Source: a virus (lineage: Duplodnaviria > Heunggongvirae > Uroviricota > Caudoviricetes). Taken from it: DNA of 64,000 nucleotides. The stretch is taken from the IMG/VR virus record IMGVR_UViG_3300033233_000007. One strand, 5' to 3'. The position numbers were made by a program, and so were the translations under genes. Below are positions 19,766-29,695 of this stretch, piece by piece. The first letter of the stretch is position 1. Every line of letters begins with the position of its first letter. The notes beneath the pieces are model-generated. The model searched no databases, was not told where the DNA came from, and saw only the letters and a program-made list of their open reading frames with translations.

Positions 19766-20799
19766 TGCCGTTCGCGCTTTTCGGACAGACGCGCGTCGCA
19801 AGCGCTTCTCCCGCTTCCGTTGAAGCCGTCAATGGCTATTGGGATATCGTGCGGGACGCCAACGCGCTTCGTGCAGATGTCTCGTCAATCTTGGGCGGCC
19901 CCGACTCGACTAAGGCGTTGGCGGAGCTTGCGGTTCGCTCTGAAGTTCTGGCCCGTCAGCTTACTGCGCTATCGGGCGTCGCTGATGGGCTCAACGAATC
20001 TTCTCTCTCTTCCGCTCGGGCTGCGGCGCAACAGGCATTTGCCGCATCCCTCCGTGTCGTCGAATCCGCGTTGTCGCCGAAAGCGCTGAAGCGTTTCCGC
20101 GACAACCGGAACAACACGCGCCGGAAAGACGCGTGGGGGCCGATGGGTCGTGGCATCGGCGCTTTTCGCTCGATCACCGCCGGCGGCGATAAGACGAAAA
20201 AGAAACTTGGACTAACTCGCTCGTCTCCTACTAAGGCGGCTCCGCCCTCCATCGGGCCTGACGTCATCCTTGACGGTACGGGTAAATACGGGTCTCCTGA
20301 CACGTTGTACTTGCGCTCGATGATGGTACAGAAGTACGACCCAATGACGGGCGTGGCGTTGCCGATCATCTACGGCCTTGCCCCGTTGCCGCAGCAGTAT
20401 TCGGCGTACACGCAGAGATCGGGTCTTAAAGTAATCAGTGGGTCGTCCTATGTCGGGTTCACCAAGCTCAAAAAGCCGGCGGTTCCGCCCCCGGCTCCAC
20501 GGGAATTGCGCGGCAACCACTGGGTCTACAAAGGTGCGACCGACACGCTCTATGTCGAGAAGGGGTGGTCGCATCCTATGTGGGAAACGCCGCCGCAGTT
20601 CGAAACGCACCAAATCAACGATGTTGAGGAGGTCGTCGAGGGCAAATTGCATACGCCGTTTCGACGCGGTGTGCCGGAGCAACCTCCGACCGTCGCGCCG
20701 CCGTACGCGACGATCTCGACCGTTCTGCCTTCCATTCCATCAAGGCCGCCGTCGCCGCCGCCTCTGCGGCCCGGCTACACCGTCGCCGTCAGGAGATAA
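19765..20799 (+). CDS. hypothetical protein
   Basis: ORF. Confidence 0.45.
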   Translation: MPFALFGQTRVASASPASVEAVNGYWDIVRDANALRADVSSILGGPDSTKALAELAVRSEVLARQLTALSGVADGLNESSLSSARAAAQQAFAASLRVVESALSPKALKRFRDNRNNTRRKDAWGPMGRGIGAFRSITAGGDKTKKKLGLTRSSPTKAAPPSIGPDVILDGTGKYGSPDTLYLRSMMVQKYDPMTGVALPIIYGLAPLPQQYSAYTQRSGLKVISGSSYVGFTKLKKPAVPPPAPRELRGNHWVYKGATDTLYVEKGWSHPMWETPPQFETHQINDVEEVVEGKLHTPFRRGVPEQPPTVAPPYATISTVLPSIPSRPPSPPPLRPGYTVAVRR

Positions 20800-20802
20800 T
20801 GT

Positions 20803-22888
20803 CGTGGCCTTCCTAACCACACAAGGCCTTCGTCGAAGCGAGCCCATGCCGGCGCCGTGGCGGTTGCCCCTTGCCGCGAGGCCGCCGGTCTACACGGAGT
20901 TTTTGTCGCAGCCGATGAATGGTCAGCTTTATGGATTCGGGCAACCTGAGCCGCCGTCGAAGGAACAAGTCGCCCGCCGTGACCGCGAAGCCGCATTGAC
21001 GCGGGCCCGCATTGACGCGGTGGCTGCCCCGCTCGGCGAGATCATTTCATTGATCGAAGAAATAATGGACATTGCGGACGACGTGAAGCTTCTCAATCAG
21101 CCCCGTATCAAAGACCAAATCGCCAAATGTCCACGGCTTCAGGAGTTCTTGACCGATCTCGGAAAATTGCGCGAGAGGGCTGCCGGACTTCTGATCGCCG
21201 CTTCCGTCGTCGACGGTCTCGGAATTTACGATCAGTGGCGCTCCGGTAAGTCAGAGGTCGGCGCATATTGGCGGAATTTGGCCGCACGCGTGCGTAAGGT
21301 GGTTGACCGCTGGGGTGCTACGGCGACGAAGCTGACCGGCCAAGGAATTTTCACGGGCGCCTCGGACGCCGACGCGCAGGTTAAATTGCTCACGCACGGG
21401 CAGTCGCAAGCGGCCTTGAAAGAGTCCGCGTCGACCGGCATCTCGCTTTACATGGGACTCGTGCTCGACAGCGTGACACCGAAGCTCGAAGCGATGCTTC
21501 CTGGCATACGAGTGATAAAGTCGAAAATCGACGCCAACCGATCGACTATCGACAAAATCCGAAGCATGCCCGCAGGACTGGCGCGGGGGTTGGCCGCGAA
21601 CGTCGCCGGTGCCATTGCGTGGCAACAGTTTTTGGCGAGTATGGAGTGTGCGGGGCTGGAGTCGGCGGCGAAAGTCGGCTACAGCGTCGGCAAAGCTGCG
21701 GCGGAAGCTTCGATGATCTCATCGCCTCAAGTTGCCCGCGCCCCCGCTGCGCTTCCGCCACCCGTGGCAATGCCGGCGGTCCGCGCCCCCGTGTCGGCGG
21801 GAGCCGCGTTCTTGCCGCCGTACGTGCCTTCGATGATGGAGCGTGGTTTGCCGCCTGTGCGAGCGGGAGAAGGAAATGATAAGCCGAAGCCGAAAGTGAC
21901 GTGGGGAGATTTGCTGAAGAAGGGGGTGGCGTATTTAGAACCGTTTAAGCATGCTCTTGAAGAAGGGGACGAAGCCAAGAAATCTAAGAAGATGGCTGAC
22001 GTAGAGATCGACAACATCCACAAGATCGTAAAATCGGGCGACCGGATCAATTGTACGAAGGCGCTGGGAAAGCTTTCGGCCATCTTCAAGTTGTTCCAGA
22101 ACGCGGCCGATCACGCCAAAAACGCCGTCATGATCTTGGAGGCAAACGCCTCAAAAATACCGGACCAGGCGCTTAGGGACCTATTGGATGTTCAGATTCC
22201 ACAAATTGTTGACGCTCTCCGCGCAGCCGAACAGTACCGTGATGGCTTGAACTATTTGATCGAGAAGGGGGAAGTCATATGGTACGACGGCTATCCCATG
22301 TTGGACGAGACCGCGACTGGAGAGTTTCGGGCTCACGCCAGCAGCCTTTTGAATATTCGCCAAACGCTCACCTCTGCGCTTGTCCAGGCCCAGTCCATGG
22401 CGCTACCGCGCGGCAGATTTGCTTACACCGATGCTCAGAAAAAGGTTCGCATGTCTAGGTGGTGGGATTGGTCTACGGCCATGAACGTGTCGGCCGAGGG
22501 CGATGTTAAGGAGCAGATTGACAAGTTTTTGCTCTCGGTTGTCGGAGAACTTGGCGGCAAGCGAACGCTCGCAAGAATTTGCGCCAGCGTCGCGTACATC
22601 GGCGGGATGTTCCTTTTTCTTACAAAGTCGGTGAAGGAGCTTTATAAAGAGTTTGCCCCCAAGCCCGTGCAGAAATTTTTCGAGCCGATCCTGCCCGTGA
22701 GCCGCGCCGTGCCGCCCCCCACGGCGCCGACGGCTTACGCCCCGCCCGCCTACGCCCCGCCCGCCTATGCGCCGTTGCCCGCTGTAGCGCCGTCGCAACC
22801 GCCAATCGCGATCATGACGCCGTCGATCTCGCTGCCCACGAGGCCGTATTATTCCGTCGCCGGCATGGGGACATTTTTGTCGGTATGA
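20803..22888 (+). CDS. large hypothetical protein (about 695 aa) with (APPAY)n C-terminal repeats; possibly a virion or internal protein
   Basis: ORF with a GTG start after an AGGAG RBS. It has one TM segment and PPAYAPPAYAP repeats. Confidence 0.45.
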
Positions 22889-23838
22889 ACACCCTTTGCA
22901 TCGGCGATTTCAGCCAGACGAAGCCGGCCTGCGGGCTCTGGCCGGCGCCCGAACTCTGTGCGCTGGCGAAGAAGATTCTCGACGCCAGGGCCGAATTCGC
23001 CAAGACCCCCGCGCTGACGCCGGCCGACGTAAAGGCGCTGGCCAGAGCCCGTGCCGACATAGGGAGACTGAAGAGGCTTCTCGTGGAGATGGATGTCGAG
23101 CGACTGAAGCAAAATCTTTCCTTGGGACGTTCGATGAACCCGCTCGTGCAGAAGATCGTTGAAGGCGCTCGATGGGAGATCGATCGTCTTTTGAAATTGA
23201 GCGATACGCAACAACTTACCGAAGCTGCGCTTACCTTCTCCCCGTCGGGCTGGCTCGTGAAGGCGTTCAAATTCGTCATGAGAAGGCCGAAGCGTCCTAC
23301 GGAGTTGGACGTTCCCGGTTCCGTAATCATAGAGGAGATGTTCGGGTACCCTGAGATCATGCTCAGGGGCTTGGTTATATCCGACCGTTTTATGCTCGAC
23401 CTCGACATTGTGAAGAGTCAGATCGACTTCGCCAGAAGGTCGATTGAGGTTGAAAGGATCATGGCGGAAAGAACCGAGAAGCGCCTCCGGTCCGCCGACG
23501 AAAAATACAAAAGGGCACTGGCTGCGGTCGAAGCCCTGTACCTGTCGTGGCCGGGTGCCCACGGCGCCGGCGTCTACACGAAGACGCGCAAGACTGTCCT
23601 TGCCGAAGCCGAGTGCATGGCTAAGGAGTGTGCGAAGAAGCTGAGCGGCGTGCCGGCGCCCAAGCCCGCGCCTCGTCCCGCCGCTCCGCCGGCCGGAGAG
23701 CCGACTTACGGCCCCCCGGTTTCGCCGTCGTACTTTGCTCCGCCGCCTGCCTACATCCCGCCCGAAGCCCCGCTCGTCTACGCGCCTATTTCAGTTCCCT
23801 CATTCGCGACGCCGCAGTCGCTGTACGTGGTACGATAG
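22885..23838 (+). CDS. hypothetical protein with a Pro-rich C-terminus
   Basis: ORF with an ATGA overlap with the upstream gene. Confidence 0.45.
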   Translation: MNTLCIGDFSQTKPACGLWPAPELCALAKKILDARAEFAKTPALTPADVKALARARADIGRLKRLLVEMDVERLKQNLSLGRSMNPLVQKIVEGARWEIDRLLKLSDTQQLTEAALTFSPSGWLVKAFKFVMRRPKRPTELDVPGSVIIEEMFGYPEIMLRGLVISDRFMLDLDIVKSQIDFARRSIEVERIMAERTEKRLRSADEKYKRALAAVEALYLSWPGAHGAGVYTKTRKTVLAEAECMAKECAKKLSGVPAPKPAPRPAAPPAGEPTYGPPVSPSYFAPPPAYIPPEAPLVYAPISVPSFATPQSLYVVR

Positions 23839-23847
23839 AAAGAGCTA

Positions 23848-24261
23848 TTGGAGGAGACAGCCATGCCGCGCCCCTTCGAGATCGTGCCGCGTAACGGAAC
23901 TGACCAGCCGCCCTTCATACCGCTCAACGTCATGAACGCCATGATGATTCCGCAGCAGACCGCGCAGGTGGCGGGCATGATGGTCGCCGTCATGGCGCAA
24001 CAGAGCGCCACCATTGGCCAGGCGATGAACTACATGATGACGGAATTGAAGCGCACGCAGCGCGAGCTTCGGTCCATCCAGAGGGCGCCGGGACAGCAGA
24101 TGCCCGGCATGCCCCAGCAGATCGTCGTGTATCGCGGCGAACTCGACGTCTACGGGAACCCCAAGCCGCCGCCGCAGCCCGGCGATTTCTGCAGCCCCAG
24201 GTCCACGCTCGGGCCCGCATCGCCGCCGCCGTATCGCGTCGAGCCGGGGGGCTTTTTCTAG
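23848..24261 (+). CDS. hypothetical Met/Gln-rich protein
   Basis: ORF. Confidence 0.4.
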   Translation: MEETAMPRPFEIVPRNGTDQPPFIPLNVMNAMMIPQQTAQVAGMMVAVMAQQSATIGQAMNYMMTELKRTQRELRSIQRAPGQQMPGMPQQIVVYRGELDVYGNPKPPPQPGDFCSPRSTLGPASPPPYRVEPGGFF

Positions 24262-24354
24262 TGGAGGGCGTCGCCGTCGTGGCGGCCATCCTCGTGGCGC
24301 TCACGGTCGTCGTCATCGTGCTGAGACGAAAATTCAAATGAGAGGAGAGAACTG

Positions 24355-24663
24355 ATGGCAAGAATTAAAGCGCACGTCGTCACGTTTCACGATTCGGTGA
24401 CTACTGATATTCGTCATGTGGCTTTCGACAATCGCGCCGAGGCTGTGAAGCATGCCGCCGAAGCTGGGATTCACAATATGCGCCAGTTCATGGAGGAGTC
24501 AGAGCCCGTGGAAGGAGATGCCCAGGCGCTCGAAGACATAGAACAGGCTATGGTAGCCGAAGACTACGAAGAAGCATTCGCCCTTTATGAGGGGTGGCGA
24601 GAGGACGCGGACGACTATGGCGCACTTGAAATGGACACGATCACGGTTGAGGAATCGGCCTGA
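24355..24663 (+). CDS. hypothetical acidic protein
   Basis: ORF with a GAGAGGAGAG RBS. Confidence 0.4.
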   Translation: MARIKAHVVTFHDSVTTDIRHVAFDNRAEAVKHAAEAGIHNMRQFMEESEPVEGDAQALEDIEQAMVAEDYEEAFALYEGWREDADDYGALEMDTITVEESA

Positions 24664-24757
24664 TGGCAAAGCTTAAAGCGTGGGTCGTAACGATCCTTTG
24701 GCTTTTCAAAAACAGAATCTATAAAGGACATGATCCGATGCACGTAGACATTCCGAA

Positions 24758-25390
24758 GTGGCTTGCGAGGAGCGCGTGATGCCGAAGTTGGCTGTCGACG
24801 ACGATCTTCAGGCGCAGTTCGCACACGCCAACAGAAAGTCGCTCGTCCTCATGTCGATCGCTCTCATGGGGTTTTGCGGCATCGTCGCCTACTGCAAGCT
24901 CGTCTTGCGGATGACTCCGCAAGAGATCGTGACGATCTCGACGATCTTGTTTCAACTCGGGATCATCGGATGGGGCCTGGGCGTTGTTTGGAACTTTATG
25001 ATGAAGTCGACGCTTATGATGAATCAGAGCCTGCGTCTGGGTTCCAAAGCGAATGAGAGTCTCGCTACGCTCCAAGACGAACTCAAGCCCGTCATCACAG
25101 ACCTCCGCGACGCCGTCAAAGACGCCCGTACGATCCTCCACGACGTCCGTGAGGAAGACCTCGGCAAGCTTCACGAAGTCGCCGACCGGCTGACGGTGGA
25201 ACTCGACGGCCAGGGAAAGTTCCATCGCGTGACGGAGGCGCTGGAGAAGATCGCGGACCTCACGGAGCGCGGCCGCTGGAAGACGCTCATGAGCGAGTCC
25301 GACGACGAGTTGACGCGGATGGTCGCCCGGCGCATCGACGCCATGCTCGCCGATGACGAGACGGAGGAGGGCAAACCCGATGGAGCTTGA
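24758..25390 (+). CDS. hypothetical membrane protein
   Basis: ORF with TM segments. Confidence 0.4.
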   Translation: MACEERVMPKLAVDDDLQAQFAHANRKSLVLMSIALMGFCGIVAYCKLVLRMTPQEIVTISTILFQLGIIGWGLGVVWNFMMKSTLMMNQSLRLGSKANESLATLQDELKPVITDLRDAVKDARTILHDVREEDLGKLHEVADRLTVELDGQGKFHRVTEALEKIADLTERGRWKTLMSESDDELTRMVARRIDAMLADDETEEGKPDGA

Positions 25391-25709
25391 AGGCTACGAC
25401 TGCGAAAAATGCGGCACGTTCCACAGTTTCAGGAGCGGGCTCGTGCATCAAGAGCGGTATTACTGCGTCGAGTGCGACGACAACCACTTCGTCGCCGAGG
25501 CCGTTAAGGATGCGCAACGCAAGACGACATGCTCGCGTTGCGGCGTCGAAGACTTCGTCGACGAGTTTGCCTTTGTGAATTCGAGAGAGGAGACGAAGTA
25601 CGTGCAGACACGTGACAGCGTCGAGCCCGTGCGGGTCAGGATCGCCGATGCCGTGTGTAAGGACGCTGATGCTTGCGCGAAGCGCTGTTCCGTGATACCG
25701 TCCACTTAG
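25380..25709 (+). CDS. hypothetical zinc-finger protein
   Basis: ORF with a GGAGGG RBS and CxxC pairs. Confidence 0.4.
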   Translation: MELEGYDCEKCGTFHSFRSGLVHQERYYCVECDDNHFVAEAVKDAQRKTTCSRCGVEDFVDEFAFVNSREETKYVQTRDSVEPVRVRIADAVCKDADACAKRCSVIPST

Positions 25710-25728
25710 TCTTTTTGGAGATCGCGAC

Positions 25729-26046
25729 ATGGGGAAAACAGAGAAGAAGGCCTCGAAGCCCAAGGCTAAGGCCGAGTTGAAGAAGATCGTGCCGCCCGCC
25801 CGCCCTTCCGCGCCCATAGCGGGCATGCCGATCGCCATTCCGTCGTTCGCGCCGCCGGTTCCGGCGCCGAAGCCCAGGAATCCGGCGACGGAGTTCGTGA
25901 TCGCCGCGCTCGCCGGCATAGACGCCGATGCGAACTTCGGCGCGGCCAGAAAGACCATGTCTCCTTGCGATGGCGCATGGTGGCTAGAGGGCGACTGGGA
26001 TAATTGCACGGTCGGCGCTTTCATCCGCTACGCCCGCACCCATTAG
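25729..26046 (+). CDS. hypothetical Lys/Pro-rich protein
   Basis: ORF with an RBS. Confidence 0.35.
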   Translation: MGKTEKKASKPKAKAELKKIVPPARPSAPIAGMPIAIPSFAPPVPAPKPRNPATEFVIAALAGIDADANFGAARKTMSPCDGAWWLEGDWDNCTVGAFIRYARTH

Positions 26047-26058
26047 ATCGGAGGCGTT

Positions 26059-26376
26059 GTGGAAGGGATCACGCACGAGGTCTTCAGCATCATCTCCAAT
26101 GACGAGGGCCTCTACAATCTGTTCCGCGAGTACGCCGTTGACGCCATCGAAGAGGCGAAGAAGGCCGCGGATTTTGAGGAAGGGCTCTTCGAGGATGATG
26201 AGCTTCCTGCGGAGGTGGTAGACGCCGCCGTCGATTCCGTGCGGGTCAAGATCGAGGAATTTCTCGATGAGCGGCCTCAACTTGACGATCTCTGGGGCGC
26301 GATCTTCGAGTGGGCCGTGAACGAGATCGACGCCGGCGAACTGGCGAAGGCGTTCGTGGAAATGGAGTCGGAGTGA
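26059..26376 (+). CDS. hypothetical acidic protein
   Basis: ORF with a GTG start and a GGAGG RBS. Confidence 0.4.
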   Translation: MEGITHEVFSIISNDEGLYNLFREYAVDAIEEAKKAADFEEGLFEDDELPAEVVDAAVDSVRVKIEEFLDERPQLDDLWGAIFEWAVNEIDAGELAKAFVEMESE

Positions 26377-26531
26377 TGCCGGCGCCGAAGGAGAAGCCGC
26401 GGCCGAAGACGAGCGGTAACGCCGGTTGCCTGACCTGCGACGAAAAGTGCGCCTGTAACTGCGCCTGCCCCACGTGTGAGCAGTGCGGCCTCTGCCAGTG
26501 CTGCTGCTCGTGCAGAGCGGATGAGGACTAG
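26377..26531 (+). CDS. metallothionein-like Cys-rich peptide (about 50 aa, 14 Cys)
   Basis: Peptide CLTCDEKCACNCACPTCEQCGLCQCCCSC, with a GGAG RBS. Confidence 0.4.
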
Positions 26532-27170
26532 ATGTCGTCGCTGAACCGTAAGATGCGTAAAAACCTCGTCGGCCGTAGGTTCGGTCGGCTTGTAGTAACG
26601 AGCGAGTCGAAGCCGAAATCCTATCGTAGCGGGAAGATTCGTCGGTGGGTCTGTCGTTGTGATTGCGGTGAAGTGAAGATTGTCTTTCAGATGAGCCTCA
26701 CCGGGAAGATTACGAGGTCATGCGGTTGCTGGAACCTTCAGAAGAAGACGACTCATGGAGAAAGCTCGCGCAAGCACAGGGCCCCCGAATACGATGTGTG
26801 GGTCGGCATGCGGCGCCGGTGTCGTGATGACGAGGTTTATAGGAGCCGTGGTGTATGCGCTCTTTGGAACCGCTCGTATTCTGCGTTTCTGAAAGATGTT
26901 GGTCGTCGGCCGTCTCCGTGCCATACCATAGAGAGGATCGACAACTCCCGTGGGTACGAGCCGAAGAATGTACGTTGGGCGACTTATAAGGATCAGGGCA
27001 GAAACAAGAAGACCAATCGTGTAGTAGAGGTGGGCGGCGTCAAATTGTGCGTATCCGCCTGGTCGGAACGAACCGGACTATGTAAGGCGACGATCACGTC
27101 TCGGCTTAATCACGGCTGGAGCGCGCGTGACGCAGTAAGTCGCGCGCCGCAGAAGGGAAAGAGGCCGTGA
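26532..27170 (+). CDS. putative homing-endonuclease-like zinc-ribbon/DNA-binding protein
   Basis: N-terminal GRRFGRLVV...CRCDCG...SCGC and a C-terminal helix-turn-helix-like segment AWSERTGL...TITSRLNHGWS. Its GC is lower than that of its neighbours. Confidence 0.4.
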   Translation: MSSLNRKMRKNLVGRRFGRLVVTSESKPKSYRSGKIRRWVCRCDCGEVKIVFQMSLTGKITRSCGCWNLQKKTTHGESSRKHRAPEYDVWVGMRRRCRDDEVYRSRGVCALWNRSYSAFLKDVGRRPSPCHTIERIDNSRGYEPKNVRWATYKDQGRNKKTNRVVEVGGVKLCVSAWSERTGLCKATITSRLNHGWSARDAVSRAPQKGKRP

Positions 27171-27685
27171 GCGCCTCATCCACCGTCGCGTATTCTCAAG
27201 CCGTCTCATTTTTGTGTTGCCTTGCGTACCTGTCGTTTTTCGAGTGGACGCTTCACAGATACGTCCTTCACTCCAAATTCTTCCTCGTGTCGTATCCCTA
27301 TCGCCTCCACCAAGAAATTCACCATGGTCTTTTCGGCCATGACGAGACGTTCCACGCCCTCGACGAGAACATGCGCTCTCACATCACGTTCGTCGCCCGC
27401 GATTACATTCTCCTGACGCTCGTGAACGCGCCCATTTATGCGCTCGCCGAGTGGCTCTGCGGCCGGCCGATCTTCTTCGGGTGTCTGGCGGCGACGCTTG
27501 CCTACCTTCAGGCCTTCAACAGTTTGCATCTTGCTTTTCACGTGCCGGCGAATTCGTGGCTTCAGCGTCGGCGATGGTTCCTCTGGCTTAAGAAGCATCA
27601 TCGAATTCATCATCGCCGGCATGACCGAAACCTTAACGTCGTCGTGCCGCTGGCGGACCTGATGCTGGGGACGATGGAGAAGTGA
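27167..27685 (+). CDS. fatty acid hydroxylase / sterol desaturase-family membrane protein
   Basis: Histidine boxes HRYVLH, HHGLF and HHRIHHRRHD, with TM segments. GC is lower than in flanking genes. Confidence 0.55.
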   Translation: MSASSTVAYSQAVSFLCCLAYLSFFEWTLHRYVLHSKFFLVSYPYRLHQEIHHGLFGHDETFHALDENMRSHITFVARDYILLTLVNAPIYALAEWLCGRPIFFGCLAATLAYLQAFNSLHLAFHVPANSWLQRRRWFLWLKKHHRIHHRRHDRNLNVVVPLADLMLGTMEK

Positions 27686-28341
27686 CCGACGTCCGAAACA
27701 CCCCCGAATACCGCGAAGGCGTGACTTATGCCGAACGAAACCTCAATCGCCTTGTCGAGCACTTCACGTCTGAAGAACTGGCGACCGACAGCCTTCGTAA
27801 AATCCTCTTCGCCGAGGCCATGGAGCGCTACCCGACGGTTCGCGACGACATGGACAACGACCTTCGGCAGAGCTTCTTCGTCGCCGGCGCGTACCGGCAT
27901 CTGGCCGACGAACTGCCGCCGGAGCTTCGAAGTGCCGCTGCCGTGTTCGACACGGCCCTTGAGATGAGCGCGATCATCGGCGCGGAGGTCGGAAAGAAGG
28001 AATGCCTTGACGCTCTCAAGCTCAAGCCCAAGAGATTTTGGGACCGCAAGCTCGGCGCTGCGTCTCCCGACGACATCGTCAATGTCCTCAGCGCAAGATG
28101 GTGGCGTGAGGTCGGAAGGCCGCAGGGGCTCGAGCGCACGACGCGCTGGGAGGTTCTGATATTCGCGACGGGCGCGCGGGAGATGTGCGCTCTGGCGACC
28201 GTGCGGAGGATCAAAGCCCGAGTCGACGGCGACTACCGGAGCTTCGTTGTCGTGGGCCATGACGAGGATTTCCAAGTCATCAGTCATGCCGTGTACGCGA
28301 ACGGCCGAGTCATCCAGTGGCCTGGGGAGATCGTGGGATGA
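27682..28341 (+). CDS. hypothetical protein
   Basis: ORF. Confidence 0.4.
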   Translation: MTDVRNTPEYREGVTYAERNLNRLVEHFTSEELATDSLRKILFAEAMERYPTVRDDMDNDLRQSFFVAGAYRHLADELPPELRSAAAVFDTALEMSAIIGAEVGKKECLDALKLKPKRFWDRKLGAASPDDIVNVLSARWWREVGRPQGLERTTRWEVLIFATGAREMCALATVRRIKARVDGDYRSFVVVGHDEDFQVISHAVYANGRVIQWPGEIVG

Positions 28342-29018
28342 CCATCGTCCACATCCCCGATACGGCCACGTTCATCGACGACAAGCCCGTCGAAGAACAT
28401 CCCGAAATCCATCCCTACGTTGAATTTCCGAGCCTCGAGCGGGCGTCATACGGGTTCGCGCATGTAGAGAAAGCGGGCCGGCGCTACAAAGTTCTCGACA
28501 GCCGGGAAGTCGGAGAAACGGGGTTTGAGCCGATCGCCCTGTTCTTTGAATTCAGGGACGCGCTGGGCGAACTTGAAAATCGTCTGTATGCTGAGGAGGC
28601 GGGGAAGACGCTTCACGGCCCGTGGTGGTCGATTTTTGAAGAGTCGTCGATGGTTCTTATTGATGATAAGCGCGAGTACGACGACGCCATGAAAGTCGCG
28701 GAGACGCTGGACCGTCGCAACGAACTGAGACTGCACCAACAGCGCGTCGAGACGGCCATCGCCGAAGGTCTTTTCAGCAGTTCTCCTCGAGAGCGTGAGT
28801 ACAAAAAGAAGGAATCGGAGTGGGACGGCCCCGGTCTTTACGACTTCAGGGAATTCCCGTTCACGAGGTCGTACGGCTCCGTTTCGGAGTACGAAATCTC
28901 CGTCATGAAAGACGAAGCCGACAACATCCTCGAGTACATGTATCAGGGCGACGAACGAGTAGACGTCTTGGAGGAGTTCGTTAAGGAGGTTGGGCCCTCG
29001 GGGCTTTTTGACGAGTGA
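28317..29018 (+). CDS. hypothetical acidic protein
   Basis: ORF. Confidence 0.4.
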   Translation: MAWGDRGMTIVHIPDTATFIDDKPVEEHPEIHPYVEFPSLERASYGFAHVEKAGRRYKVLDSREVGETGFEPIALFFEFRDALGELENRLYAEEAGKTLHGPWWSIFEESSMVLIDDKREYDDAMKVAETLDRRNELRLHQQRVETAIAEGLFSSSPREREYKKKESEWDGPGLYDFREFPFTRSYGSVSEYEISVMKDEADNILEYMYQGDERVDVLEEFVKEVGPSGLFDE

Positions 29019-29311
29019 GCCGCGACCTCGACATGGCTGTGGCGAAAGTCGTCGGCTGGACGTTCCCCGAAGGCGGCCTTGACGAATTCGGCATCGACCC
29101 GCGGACAAGCATGCACAATTTTGTTCCGCTCTACAGCGAGTCCGTCGAGGTGGCTGTCGAGCTTCTGGGCATGTTCCCGTCCTCGGTCACGTCGCCGAAG
29201 AGCAACAGCCCCGAGCAATGGGTCTGTGCCGTCTCCGGCGTCTCCGCTTCAGCGCCCACTTTCGCCGAGGCCGTCGCCCGTGCGGCCGTGGCGGCGTATG
29301 GAAGGAAGTGA
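29015..29311 (+). CDS. hypothetical protein
   Basis: ORF. Confidence 0.3.
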   Translation: MSRDLDMAVAKVVGWTFPEGGLDEFGIDPRTSMHNFVPLYSESVEVAVELLGMFPSSVTSPKSNSPEQWVCAVSGVSASAPTFAEAVARAAVAAYGRK

Positions 29312-29658
29312 TGCACGTCATCGCTTTCGATGTCGACGAGACCCTTCAGGGCTTCCGCGGTCCGGTGACGTTTCAGAGCATCGACGAACTCAGGGCCGCC
29401 GGCCACATCGTCGGCGTCTGCGGTAACTGGATCGCGCTTGTGCGTTCGCTCCCCGAGTGGCATCGCCTTTTCAGCTTCATCGGCCCTATCGGCCAGGTGA
29501 CGCCGGAGACGAAAGCGACGTTTTTGAGGCACTTGAGTACTTGGATTCCCGCTGACGGGTTCGTCATGGTCGGCAACGACCCGCAGGATCGCCGGGCCGC
29601 GGAACTGGCGAATTGGCAGTTCATCGTAGAGGCGGATTTCGCCCGCGGTGTGCGGTAA
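29311..29658 (+). CDS. small HAD-like hydrolase
   Basis: DxDxT motif FDVDETL near the N-terminus. Confidence 0.4.
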   Translation: MHVIAFDVDETLQGFRGPVTFQSIDELRAAGHIVGVCGNWIALVRSLPEWHRLFSFIGPIGQVTPETKATFLRHLSTWIPADGFVMVGNDPQDRRAAELANWQFIVEADFARGVR

Positions 29659-29695
29659 TGCTTGACTCTTTGCTTACAGATTGTACACTGTCGTT

